DNA of 64,000 bases from assembly GCA_018823415.1 (NCBI GenBank), contig JAHJIN010000185.1, forward strand, positions 46,880 through 110,879. The letters run 5' to 3'. This document shows, in pieces, positions 1 to 8,961 of the stretch (the stretch's first letter is position 1; each line of letters opens with the position of its first letter). Below the pieces are notes generated by a model. It worked only from the letters and a program-made list of their open reading frames with translations. It made no database searches and was not told where the DNA came from. The translations under genes were made by a program, and so were the position numbers. Origin of the DNA: Chloroflexota bacterium. GTDB taxonomy: Bacteria > Chloroflexota > JAHJIN01.

Positions 1-1793
1 GGCATGTCGGCCATCTGGTACGGGGCGCGGTTGCCCAGCTCGGCCCGGGGCGTGGTATTCCAGAGGGCCTGAAGGTATTGGGCAATCTCGTTGGCCTGGT
101 CGATGTCGGCCGGGGGGTGGTACTGGAACCAGGCGCTCATCACCTCCGTGGGCGAATCAGCCAGGGCAATCAAGGCGCGCCATTCGGCCTCGGTCTGGGG
201 CATCGGGCCTTCCCAGAAGGCCTCCTCATCCTCGTCCCAGTCCTCTTCTTCATCCCATTCTTCCCAGACGTTGTCAAAGCTCATCTCGACCATTTCCTTG
301 AGGAATGGGTGTTCGGTCATGGCGACCGGGGATTCGGGACCCAGGCCCCAGGCGGCCGCCACGGCCAGCCGGGCCAACTTGGCATCATCCAGGCCGACTA
401 ACAGGACCGCTTGACGTTCCAGCCGGTCCCGCAGGCGGGCGCGAAACTCGTCGCTGACCAGAGCCGTGATCACCTGGCTCACCAACTGATTCCAGCGGTC
501 GCCGGTCCGGGTTTCTACCAGGGACTCGGCTTCGTCGATAAAGCCGGCAATCTCGTTTGGGTTAAAGAACCAGAAGGTGAATATATCATCATCCAGCAGA
601 TCGGCGGTGCCTTGCAGCAACTCGGTGGCCTCGTCCGGCGAAAGCACCGGGGCCACGGGCTCCGGGACGTCGGCCAAGTCATCGCCCAGCAGCATGTCGC
701 TCCAGACCTCGGCATCCAGGGGCACGGGGAGGCCGGCCTGGATGGTCCTGCGGCGCGCGTCCCGGTAGGCCTGTCGACAGACGGACAGGGGCATGTCTAT
801 CACGGCCGTGCCGCCTTCCATCAGGTCCAGCAGGATCTCTTCCCATTCTTCGGGTGCCAGGTCCGGCGTGGCAAAGCAATTGCGCACGCCCTGGTGGTCG
901 TTGATGGCGATGCTCATGACCATGAGCAGGCCGCTGCGTTGTTGGCGGACCACGCCAATGGCCTGGCCCCCGTCGCCATCAATGGTGCTGAGGTATGCGC
1001 GGACGAGGGGGGGCAGGGGTATGGGGGCCAACTCGGCGGCCCGGGCGCTGCCGCGCATGGTGAGGCGCCCCAGGGCCACCCGGGCAGCCTTGCACACGCG
1101 CCGGGAGGTGTGCCATTCGGCCAGCTCTTCCAGGGCCGGCGCGGCCGCCGGATGCCCCAGCCGTTCCAGGGCGCTAATGACCCGCTGGACATGCTTGTCG
1201 TTTGGCAGGTACAACAGGGGCAACAGGATATAGAGGGCGCGCGGGTCTCGCGGCTCGATGATAAAGTCAAGCCAGCCAGCAAACTCGTCGGCGTCGCGCA
1301 ATTGGGCGCTTTCCACTGCCGTCTGGCGCATCAACAAGTTGGTGGCCGAGTCTTCCAGCAGGCGGGTCTGCATGCGCCGGAACATGGATTCGGGGTCTTG
1401 CAGGCTAAAGAAAAACGTTTCTTCGTCCACCGGCACGTCGCGAGACTGGAGGATGCCCATAAGCTGCATCCGCGCGTCGTCGTGCAGCGACGTGTCATAC
1501 ACTTGCTCGGTGAGCCAGTCATCGACCTCGGGGGCATCCAGTTGTTGGATGATGTAGGCAATGCGCTCGCTGCGTCCCCAGTCTGCATTGCGCAGGGCCT
1601 GCTGCAGGATCGGCAAGACCCGGGTGGGCTGGCGCGTCACGATGTCAAAATTCGCCTCGACCTGTTCCCAGGGCAGATCAGGCTCCTGGAGCAACTGGTT
1701 CACGGCCTCTGCGACCTGATGGTCTATGCCGCTGCTGCCAGCTACTACTTGTAGATGACCGCGTTTGCTCGCGTTCTTGGGTTTTTTTGCCAT
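1..1793 (-). CDS. hypothetical protein, 3' end cut by window edge (absent from supplied ORF track)
   Basis: Own minus-strand translation. ATG at 1793-1791 preceded by GGAGGTG (1804-1798). The frame appeared open to base 3 in a by-eye translation; stop codons were checked explicitly only for bases 3-242. Reads MAKKPKNASKRGHLQVV...WEEWDEEEDWDEDEEAFWEG...NRAPYQMADM. The listed 411..1754(+) ORF is its antisense shadow. No family recognised. Confidence 0.6.
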   Translation of the reverse strand, partial: MAKKPKNASKRGHLQVVAGSSGIDHQVAEAVNQLLQEPDLPWEQVEANFDIVTRQPTRVLPILQQALRNADWGRSERIAYIIQQLDAPEVDDWLTEQVYDTSLHDDARMQLMGILQSRDVPVDEETFFFSLQDPESMFRRMQTRLLEDSATNLLMRQTAVESAQLRDADEFAGWLDFIIEPRDPRALYILLPLLYLPNDKHVQRVISALERLGHPAAAPALEELAEWHTSRRVCKAARVALGRLTMRGSARAAELAPIPLPPLVRAYLSTIDGDGGQAIGVVRQQRSGLLMVMSIAINDHQGVRNCFATPDLAPEEWEEILLDLMEGGTAVIDMPLSVCRQAYRDARRRTIQAGLPVPLDAEVWSDMLLGDDLADVPEPVAPVLSPDEATELLQGTADLLDDDIFTFWFFNPNEIAGFIDEAESLVETRTGDRWNQLVSQVITALVSDEFRARLRDRLERQAVLLVGLDDAKLARLAVAAAWGLGPESPVAMTEHPFLKEMVEMSFDNVWEEWDEEEDWDEDEEAFWEGPMPQTEAEWRALIALADSPTEVMSAWFQYHPPADIDQANEIAQYLQALWNTTPRAELGNRAPYQMADM

Positions 1794-2092
1794 CCGGCAC
1801 CTCCTAACCTGGATGAGCCAGAGCCAACCAGGTTGATGCATTTGAAGATTATTGCTCGCCGTACAAGATTTTCACTGGTTAGACTCTGGCGATGACTGGG
1901 CCGTTGCCCGGACGGGGAACTGGCCGTGGCGCTGTCGTACCTGTGCGTTATTATAAAGCATATCGAATGCGGACACAAGCGGAGCGGGTTGCAATCCGTT
2001 TCCAAACGTGGTAGGATATAGTTGCTGGTACATCAGCCGGGTTCCGGTCGTTTGCCCCGGCTGGCCCTCGCGGCAGCACGTCCGGAGGATCT

Positions 2093-3331
2093 GTGGACGA
2101 CTCGTTACCGCCTTATGCTGAACCCGAACCTCTGCTGGACCATGTCCCGCCGGTCCGCCAACGCCGGAGCCTGGGCGGCATCACCTGGGTGTTCCTGGCT
2201 ACGGCCTTGCTGGTGAGCTATGCCCTGATCTTGCTGGTCATTGGCGCTGTGGCCGTTCACGATGGCCTGCAAGACCGCGACACCCGGCTGGCCCAGGCGG
2301 CCACCCACTATGACCGGGGCGTCATCTACATGGATCAGGGCAACTATGCCGAGGCCGCCGGCGAGTTCGAGTTGGCCGTGGATCTGGCCCCCAGCTATTT
2401 GGATGCGCGGACGCAATTGGCCAAGGCCCGCGAGCGCGCCAAGCGCGAAACTGACGCCGTGTCGCTGCTGGAGCAGGGCGAAACCGCGTATCGCCAGGGG
2501 CAGTGGGAGCAGGCCATTCACTATCTGGAGCAGGTTCGCACCCTCAATCCCGACTATGAGCAGGAAAAGGTAGAGAACCTGCTGTTTTTTGCCTATTACA
2601 ACAAGGGTCTGCAACTGGTCGCCGCAGACCAGGTCCAGGAGGCCCTGACCCAGTTCGACCTGGCCTTGACCATTCGCCCGGCGCACCCCGACGTGATGCA
2701 GCAGAAACAACTGGCCCAGAGCTATCTGGAAGGCCGCAATCGCGAGGCTGTGAGCGATTGGACCGGTGCCCTCCGCAGCTACGAGGCCGTGCAACAGGTC
2801 AATCCCAACTATCGCGATGTCTACCAACGGCTGTACGATGTCCGCGTGCGCTATGGCGACCAATTGCTCGGCGCGGGCTCAGCCTGCGCGGCCCACGAGC
2901 AGTACAAGCTGGCCGTTGAAATGGGCCTGACCGGGGGCGCCGATGCCAAACAAAGCGTGGCCTGGTCCCAGTGCGTGCAGGCCCAAACGCCCGTGCCCAC
3001 TTCCATCCCGGTCGCCCCACCGGCCCGCACCGTGCGACCCGGCTTCTATGTGGGGGAACTGGCCGAAACCTATGACACCCCCGGCTCGATCCAGATTCGG
3101 GGCTATGTCCGCGACCGTTATGGCAAGGGCGTGCCCGGCGTGGTGGTGGTCATTACCATCTTTGACTTTCAGGAAGCGCGCGGAACCGATGCCAACGGCT
3201 ACTTTTCGTTCGACGGCATCGTCAGTCCCTATCAAGCAACCCTCAAGCTGCGGGATGAGCCCTGTCGGCCTCTGGAGGTCAAGCTGGAATTTGGCAAGGG
3301 GTTTGTGATCTATTTCCAAGAGGGCACCTAA
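2093..3331 (+). CDS. membrane-anchored TPR-repeat protein with C-terminal carboxypeptidase-regulatory-like beta-sandwich
   Basis: GTG start after GGAGGA. One TM segment (WVFLATALLVSYALILLVIGAVAV). Repeated TPR-like helices (YDRGVIYMDQGNYAEAAGEFELAVDLAP...). Tail GYVRDRYGKGVPGVVVVITI...TDANGYFSFDGI is typical of the CarboxypepD_reg fold. Confidence 0.8.
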   Translation: MDDSLPPYAEPEPLLDHVPPVRQRRSLGGITWVFLATALLVSYALILLVIGAVAVHDGLQDRDTRLAQAATHYDRGVIYMDQGNYAEAAGEFELAVDLAPSYLDARTQLAKARERAKRETDAVSLLEQGETAYRQGQWEQAIHYLEQVRTLNPDYEQEKVENLLFFAYYNKGLQLVAADQVQEALTQFDLALTIRPAHPDVMQQKQLAQSYLEGRNREAVSDWTGALRSYEAVQQVNPNYRDVYQRLYDVRVRYGDQLLGAGSACAAHEQYKLAVEMGLTGGADAKQSVAWSQCVQAQTPVPTSIPVAPPARTVRPGFYVGELAETYDTPGSIQIRGYVRDRYGKGVPGVVVVITIFDFQEARGTDANGYFSFDGIVSPYQATLKLRDEPCRPLEVKLEFGKGFVIYFQEGT

Positions 3332-3371
3332 CCTAGATAAACCAGAGCCAACCAAGAAACTTGACCGCCGA

Positions 3372-3428
3372 GAACGCAGAGAACGCTGAGCAGATTAAAT
3401 GTCTCTGCGCTCTCTGCGCTCTCTGCGG
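3372..3428. repeat. hairpin built from a 9-mer (two inverted copies, then three tandem CTCTGCGCT copies); likely terminator or REP-like element
   Basis: gagaacgca gagaacgct (3372-3389), a 12-13 nt loop, then ctctgcgct x3 (3403-3428). A second partial copy (ctctgcgctctctgcgg) lies at 7394-7410. Confidence 0.5.
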
Positions 3429-3505
3429 TGAAATTCTTGCCGTGTGCAAGGATTTGGCTGGTAACGTACTAACCTGGTGCAGACCCTTCTATCGAGGCAA
3501 ATCGC

Positions 3506-5167
3506 ATGTCTCTATTTGATGATTCAACCGATCATCTGTTAGCTCTGACCCGATTTTTGACCCAACTCGCAACGGCCAACCTGATCCGGGAGACCCTGGT
3601 CCTGGCCCTGGATGAGGCCATGCGGTTTACTGGCAGTCCCGGCGGCATCGTGTTGTTCATGGGCCAGGAGCCGGCCCACATCCAGCGCGGCATCGTCGAG
3701 CCGGCCCCGGCTGCGCAACAGATCGAAACGTGGGAAAGCCTGGTGCGCCAACGCCTGACCCAGGGCGAATGGCGGATCGCCAGCGCTGTCAAGCCCAACG
3801 ACCTGTCGTTTGTGACCACCACGCTGGTGTCAGCATTCGGCCCCACGCTGCTCAACGCGCCCTTGTTGGCCGAGGATCGCGTGGTGGGCACCATCAATCT
3901 CATCGTCCAAGACCCCGAGATCCCGCTGCTCACCAGGCAAATGCTGGCCCTGCTCGTGCGTGCCGTGGGCGCCACCAGCGTCGAGATCGAGCGCCGGCTG
4001 TTGATGCGCCAGGGCTTTAGTCATCTGGACACCCTGCACAAGGTGGGCCAGGTATTGGGCGGCACCCTGGAGCTGCACACCCTGCTCAACGAGATCATGC
4101 GCCTGACGTCCGAGGTGATGGAGGCCGAGGCCAGCAGCCTGTGGCTCATTGACGAAAAGGCGCAAGAGCTGGTATTCGAATACGCGCATGGCGGCCAGCG
4201 TGAGGCCCTGCGGCAATATCGCATGCCCATGGACCAGGGTATCGCCGGCTGGGTCGCCACGCACAACGAGCCGGTGTTGAGCAACAATGTGAGCCAGGAC
4301 GAACGTTTTAACCAGCGCGTAGACGTGCGCACCGGCTATCTGACCCATTCGATCCTGTGCGTGCCCCTGCGCATCAAGGGCAAGGCCATTGGCGTGCTCC
4401 AGGTGCTGAACCGGCTGGACGACGAAGGGTTTACCGAAAGCGACCTGAACCTGCTCAACATCCTGGCTGCCGAGGCCGCCATTTCCATCGAGAATGCGCG
4501 CCTGTATCGCAGCTTGCGCGAAGAGCGGGACCGGATCGTCATGGTGGGCGAGGACGTGCGGCGCGAACTGGCGCGCTCGCTCCACGATGGGCCGGCTCAG
4601 GCCCTGGCCGCCATCAACATGCGGCTCGACTTTATCCGCAAGTTGCTGGAGCGTGACCCGCAGCGTGCTGCCTCCGAGATCCAGGATCTGGAACGGATGG
4701 TGAGCGAGACCACGCGCGATGTGCGCAACCTGCTCTTTGAACTGCGGCCCATCGTGTTGGAAGCACAGGGTTTGCGGGCTGCCATCGAGTCGTTCGTAGG
4801 ACGGCTGTGGCGCGTGGGCAAACGGCCCATGTTTCACCTGCAGTTGGACATTGGCGATGAGCGCTTTGGGCCATCCACCGAAACCACCGTGTTTGCCGTG
4901 GCGCAAGAGGCCATCAACAACGCCCTGCGTCATGCCGACGCCGACAATATCATCGTTCACCTGCGCCAGGAGCAGAGCGATCTCGTTGCCACCGTGCGCG
5001 ATGATGGATTGGGCTTTCGCGTCAGCACGGTCGAGTCGGGCTATGAGCGGCGCGGCAGCTTTGGCCTGTTGAACATGCGTGAGCGCGCAGATATGATGAA
5101 TGGCTCGCTGTCGATCCACGCCGCCCCCGGCAAAGGCACCGAAGTCACCCTGCGCATTCCCCTCTGA
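3506..5167 (+). CDS. GAF-GAF sensor histidine kinase (HisKA_3/NarL-partner type)
   Basis: Two GAF-like regions. H-box ELARSLHDGPAQALAAI. HATPase_c motifs (EAINNALRHA, DDGLGF, GSFGLLNMRERA). Confidence 0.85.
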   Translation: MSLFDDSTDHLLALTRFLTQLATANLIRETLVLALDEAMRFTGSPGGIVLFMGQEPAHIQRGIVEPAPAAQQIETWESLVRQRLTQGEWRIASAVKPNDLSFVTTTLVSAFGPTLLNAPLLAEDRVVGTINLIVQDPEIPLLTRQMLALLVRAVGATSVEIERRLLMRQGFSHLDTLHKVGQVLGGTLELHTLLNEIMRLTSEVMEAEASSLWLIDEKAQELVFEYAHGGQREALRQYRMPMDQGIAGWVATHNEPVLSNNVSQDERFNQRVDVRTGYLTHSILCVPLRIKGKAIGVLQVLNRLDDEGFTESDLNLLNILAAEAAISIENARLYRSLREERDRIVMVGEDVRRELARSLHDGPAQALAAINMRLDFIRKLLERDPQRAASEIQDLERMVSETTRDVRNLLFELRPIVLEAQGLRAAIESFVGRLWRVGKRPMFHLQLDIGDERFGPSTETTVFAVAQEAINNALRHADADNIIVHLRQEQSDLVATVRDDGLGFRVSTVESGYERRGSFGLLNMRERADMMNGSLSIHAAPGKGTEVTLRIPL

Positions 5168-5244
5168 ACGCCCACCGGGAAACTCGACCTTCCACCTGAT
5201 TGCCGGCACCACAATCTAGAACCATGCGGTCTCTGAGGTTGGCC

Positions 5245-6777
5245 ATGAAACGTTGGGCTTGCAGCTTCCTCATCCTGTTTCTGTTGGTATGGACCGGCCT
5301 GGCGCTGGCCGGTTGCCAGCCCAGCCACCGGGTCGTGATCGTGGCCGACGACCGCCAGTGGGAGGTGTCGACGACGGCCGGCACCGTAGCCGAGGTGCTC
5401 CGCGAGGCCGGCGTGACCCTGGACACGCTGGATCGCATCGAGCCGGATCGCTGGACGACCGTGCGTGCCGGCATGACCATCACCGTGATCCGCGTGCATC
5501 AAAAAGAAGTGAGCGTGCTCATGCCGGTGCCCTACCAGCAGCAGGTCATCCGCGACGAGGGCACGCCGCGCGGCGAAACGCGTCTCCTCCAGGTGGGGGC
5601 CAATGGCGAAGAAGAACTGATCTTTCGCGTGACCTATGAGAACGAACAAGAGACCACGCGCGACCTGATCACCCGGCGCGTCACCCAGGAACCCCAGCGC
5701 GAGGTGATCGTGGTGGGCACGCGTGGGCTGTTGGCTTCGGCGGCGTTCACCGGCACCGTGGCCTATCTGGCCGGCGACAACGCCTGGGTGATGCGCCACC
5801 GCAGCGGCACCAAGCGGCCCCTGACGTTTGCCAGCGACCTGGATCACCGGGTCTTTGACCTGTCGCCCGACGGTAGCTGGCTGTTGTTCACCCGCCGGCC
5901 GCGCGACCCCGACGACGAGACCGCTCTCAACGAGCTGTGGCTGGTAGGCACGCGCCAGGTGGGCGACGAACCCGTCTTTTCGGGCATTCGCAACGTGCTT
6001 TGGGCCCAATGGGGGCCAGATAGCCAGACGTTTGCCTATTCCACCGCCGAGCCGCGCACCCGTTCCCCGGGCTGGAAGGCCAACAACGATCTGGTCGTCG
6101 CCGTCCGTGACGTGGTGACCAAGACCCAGGTATTGCCCCCCAGCGCGCGGTATCTATATGCCTGGTGGGGTTATACCTTTGCCTGGTCGCCCGATGGGAC
6201 CCAATTCGCCTGTGCCACGCCAGATGGCGTGCACCTCATCGACCGGGCCAGCGGCCAGTGGCGCACCCTGCTGACCTATCCGGTCTACCATAGCTACGCT
6301 GACTGGATCTGGACGAGTAGCCTGGACTGGTCGCCGGACGGCCGGCGGCTGCTGTGCGTGGCGCACGGTGACCCCCAGGGCGGCGAGATCCCCGAAGATA
6401 GCACCGTGTTTGACATCTGGTCACTAGATACCCAGGGCCGCGCTCACGACATGATCGCGCACAATGTGGGCATGTGGAGCATGCCGTGCTGGTCGCCCCA
6501 GGGGGATCTGATCCTGTATGGCTTGGCGCGCGATCCCACGCGTAGCCATGTGGGACCGTATGACCTGTATCTGGCGCGACCAGATGGCAGCGAGGCGCGA
6601 CGGCTGTTCCCAACCCCGGGACAGATCGGCCTGGCGCTGCCCGAGGCCTTGTGGGCGCCGGCCGGCGATGCGGTGGTGGCGGCCTATCTTCAAGACCTGT
6701 ATCGCGTGCCGTTGGCCGGCACCCCCCAGCCACTTACCGATAGCGGCTCGTGCAGTTGGCCGCAGTGGTCGCCCTAG
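5245..6777 (+). CDS. lipoprotein with DUF348/G5-like N-terminal region and TolB/PD40-like beta-propeller C-terminal region
   Basis: ATG 5245 after GAGG. Lipobox LALAGC. VVIVADDRQWEVSTTAGTVAEVL...REVIVVGT resembles DUF348+G5. Repeated WSPDG motifs resemble PD40. The track start at 5200 is probably too early. Confidence 0.75.
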   Translation: MKRWACSFLILFLLVWTGLALAGCQPSHRVVIVADDRQWEVSTTAGTVAEVLREAGVTLDTLDRIEPDRWTTVRAGMTITVIRVHQKEVSVLMPVPYQQQVIRDEGTPRGETRLLQVGANGEEELIFRVTYENEQETTRDLITRRVTQEPQREVIVVGTRGLLASAAFTGTVAYLAGDNAWVMRHRSGTKRPLTFASDLDHRVFDLSPDGSWLLFTRRPRDPDDETALNELWLVGTRQVGDEPVFSGIRNVLWAQWGPDSQTFAYSTAEPRTRSPGWKANNDLVVAVRDVVTKTQVLPPSARYLYAWWGYTFAWSPDGTQFACATPDGVHLIDRASGQWRTLLTYPVYHSYADWIWTSSLDWSPDGRRLLCVAHGDPQGGEIPEDSTVFDIWSLDTQGRAHDMIAHNVGMWSMPCWSPQGDLILYGLARDPTRSHVGPYDLYLARPDGSEARRLFPTPGQIGLALPEALWAPAGDAVVAAYLQDLYRVPLAGTPQPLTDSGSCSWPQWSP

Positions 6778-6797
6778 GCCGCGCCGCCAATAAAAAA

Positions 6798-6819
6798 GGC
6801 GAACCCGGGTGGGTTCGCC
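6798..6819. terminator. bidirectional hairpin between convergent genes
   Basis: ggcgaaccc-gggt-gggttcgcc, flanked by an A-run upstream and ttgcttt downstream. Confidence 0.7.
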
Positions 6820-6849
6820 TTGCTTTACAGGCTGGGCCGTGTCGTGCGG

Positions 6850-7227
6850 TCAAATCTTGCCGGTGCGGATCAACACGGCGTTGATGCGTTCCACCAGGGC
6901 CTTGAGGTCAAAGGGTTTGACCACATAGTCATCTGCGCCCATCTGGAACCCCTTTTCCATATCCGATTGCTGGCCCTTGGCACTCAACATGACAATGGCC
7001 GGTGAATCTTTGCCCATCGTGCTTTTCAGGCGCTCGCATACCTCATAGCCGTTCATCTTGGGCATCATGATGTCCAAAAGCACCAGGTCCGGGCGCTCTT
7101 CGAGGGCGCGCTTGTATCCTTCCTCACCGTTAATGGCGCTGATGACCTCATAGCCAGAACGCTTGAGTTTGATTTCCAAGAGTTTGATGATACTGGGGTC
7201 GTCGTCGACCGCGAGTATGCGCGCCAT
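6850..7227 (-). CDS. single-domain CheY-like response regulator
   Basis: MARILAVDDDPSII...VLLDIMMPKMNG...DDYVVKPF. The internal ATG at 7227 has a GAGG RBS. The track version (to 7365) adds a non-homologous N-terminus. Confidence 0.85.
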   Translation of the reverse strand: MARILAVDDDPSIIKLLEIKLKRSGYEVISAINGEEGYKRALEERPDLVLLDIMMPKMNGYEVCERLKSTMGKDSPAIVMLSAKGQQSDMEKGFQMGADDYVVKPFDLKALVERINAVLIRTGKI

Positions 7228-7475
7228 ATGTTTTACCTCAGAGTGTCGTCCCCGCGACACTCTCAAGTATACCCCATTTTGCCTCGGTGCACAAGTGGGC
7301 AGCGTACAAATAGGAAAACAGTACTGGTCAACAGAATTGTGAACAGCGAGACCGGCGACATTCACCGTGGAGCGCGCCGAGATTTCAAGAGGTCTCTGCG
7401 CTCTCTGCGGTTAGAATTACCAGGCGTAGATTGTTCACGAGCATCTTGACTACTACACCAAGTAGGAAAACGGTC

Positions 7476-8900
7476 ATGACGCCACAATGGTCTCGCCGCG
7501 CTGCCGCTGGCGTGGCGGCCCTGGCCCTGCGCGATGGCCTGGCGCGCCTGGTGGCGCTGGCCGGGCATCTGGTGCTGGCCCGGGTGCTGGCCCCGGCCGA
7601 TTTCGGGGCCTGGGCTGTGGTGCTGCTCCTGGCGAGCCTGGCCGAATTGGTGGCCGGGCTGGGACTGGGCGCGGCCCTGGTGCAGCGGCCGGCCCCGCCC
7701 GACGAACACGTGGCCGGCACCGCGCTCGTACTCCGGTTGGGGGCAGCACTGTGCATGGCCGTGATCCTGGTGGCGGCAGTCATAGCACTGTCGCCCTTGT
7801 TCCGTTTACCATCCACTGCACCCATGCTGGCCCTCATCGTCGCGCCCAGTCTGATCCTGACGGCGCTGGCCCTGCTGCCCGAGGCCCATCTGGAGCGTGC
7901 CCTCAGGTTTGACCGGCTGGCCCTGGCCGACAGCGCGCGGGTGGTGGCCGGGCAAATGGTGGCCGTGGCACTGGTCTGGGCCGGGACCGGCGTGATGGCG
8001 CTGGCCGGCGGGTACCTGGCCGGTGCACTGGTTTGGGTGGTGGCCTTGTGGGCCTTGGCCCCGGGGCGACCCCGGCTGGCCTGGCGCTATCGCGCGACCG
8101 AGGCGCGGCGGCTGCTGGGCTTTGGCGGCTCGCTGGTGGGTTATCAAATCGTCCACCTGGCCAAAGACCAGATGGCCCCGGCCCTGGGCGCGCCCCTCTT
8201 TGGCAGCACGGCCGTGGGTTACCTGGACTGGGCCGGCAAACTGGCCCGGGGTGCTGCGTTTCCCGCCGCGCTGGCGGACCGGGTGGCGTTCCCGGCCTAT
8301 GCACGCTTGCAACACGACCCGGCTGCGTTGCGCCGGGCGTTGCCCCTGACCCTGCGCTGGTCGGCGCTGCTCTCGTTCCCGCTGCTGGCGGTCCTGGGCG
8401 GATTGGGACCGGCGCTCATTCACTATTTGTACACGGACCAGTGGCTGCCGGCCTTGCCAGCCTTGTATCTGCTGGCCCTGCAAGCCGCCATTGGTGTGCT
8501 GCCGCACGTGCTCATGCCGGTCCTGCTGGCCACCGGCCGTGTGCGCCCGGTCTTGCTGCTGTCCGTGGGCTGGATGGCGCTGGCCTGGGCGCTGGCCCTG
8601 GCGCTATCGCCACTGCTGGGCTACCTGGGCATCGCGGTTGCTCACGTCCTCTCGACGGCCATCGCGGCCGGTGTGCTGCTGCGACTGGTGCCGGTCCCCG
8701 TGGGCGACGCGCTGCGGGCCGTGGGGCCGGCTGCCGGGGGCGCGGTCCTGGCCGTGGTTGCCGCGCGTGGCGCGGCCGCCGGTCTGGGCGACAGCATCCC
8801 GGCGACGCTGGCGGCCCTGGGCCTGGGGCTGGTGGTCTATGCGCTGGTGGTGCTGGTGGTGCAGGGCCACACGTTGTGGCGAGATTGGAGGTCTTTCTGA
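7476..8900 (+). CDS. polysaccharide/oligosaccharide flippase (MOP/Wzx-like, Polysacc_synt family)
   Basis: About 12 predicted TM helices. N-terminus AALALRDGLARLVALAGHLVLARVLAPADFGAW is typical of the family. Confidence 0.75.
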   Translation: MTPQWSRRAAAGVAALALRDGLARLVALAGHLVLARVLAPADFGAWAVVLLLASLAELVAGLGLGAALVQRPAPPDEHVAGTALVLRLGAALCMAVILVAAVIALSPLFRLPSTAPMLALIVAPSLILTALALLPEAHLERALRFDRLALADSARVVAGQMVAVALVWAGTGVMALAGGYLAGALVWVVALWALAPGRPRLAWRYRATEARRLLGFGGSLVGYQIVHLAKDQMAPALGAPLFGSTAVGYLDWAGKLARGAAFPAALADRVAFPAYARLQHDPAALRRALPLTLRWSALLSFPLLAVLGGLGPALIHYLYTDQWLPALPALYLLALQAAIGVLPHVLMPVLLATGRVRPVLLLSVGWMALAWALALALSPLLGYLGIAVAHVLSTAIAAGVLLRLVPVPVGDALRAVGPAAGGAVLAVVAARGAAAGLGDSIPATLAALGLGLVVYALVVLVVQGHTLWRDWRSF

Positions 8901-8924
8901 GCAGTCTGGGCCGCCTTTTTCGCG

Positions 8925-8958
8925 TCGATGGCCGGGGGTTGCAACCCCCGGCCATCGA
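8925..8958. terminator. bidirectional hairpin between convergent genes
   Basis: tcgatggccggggg-ttgcaa-cccccggccatcga (14-bp stem). Confidence 0.7.
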
Positions 8959-8961
8959 CGG

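Noticed and set aside
411-1754. 447-aa plus-strand ORF
   Set aside because: It is the antisense shadow of the edge-truncated minus-strand gene (1-1793), which has an RBS and a plausible protein sequence.
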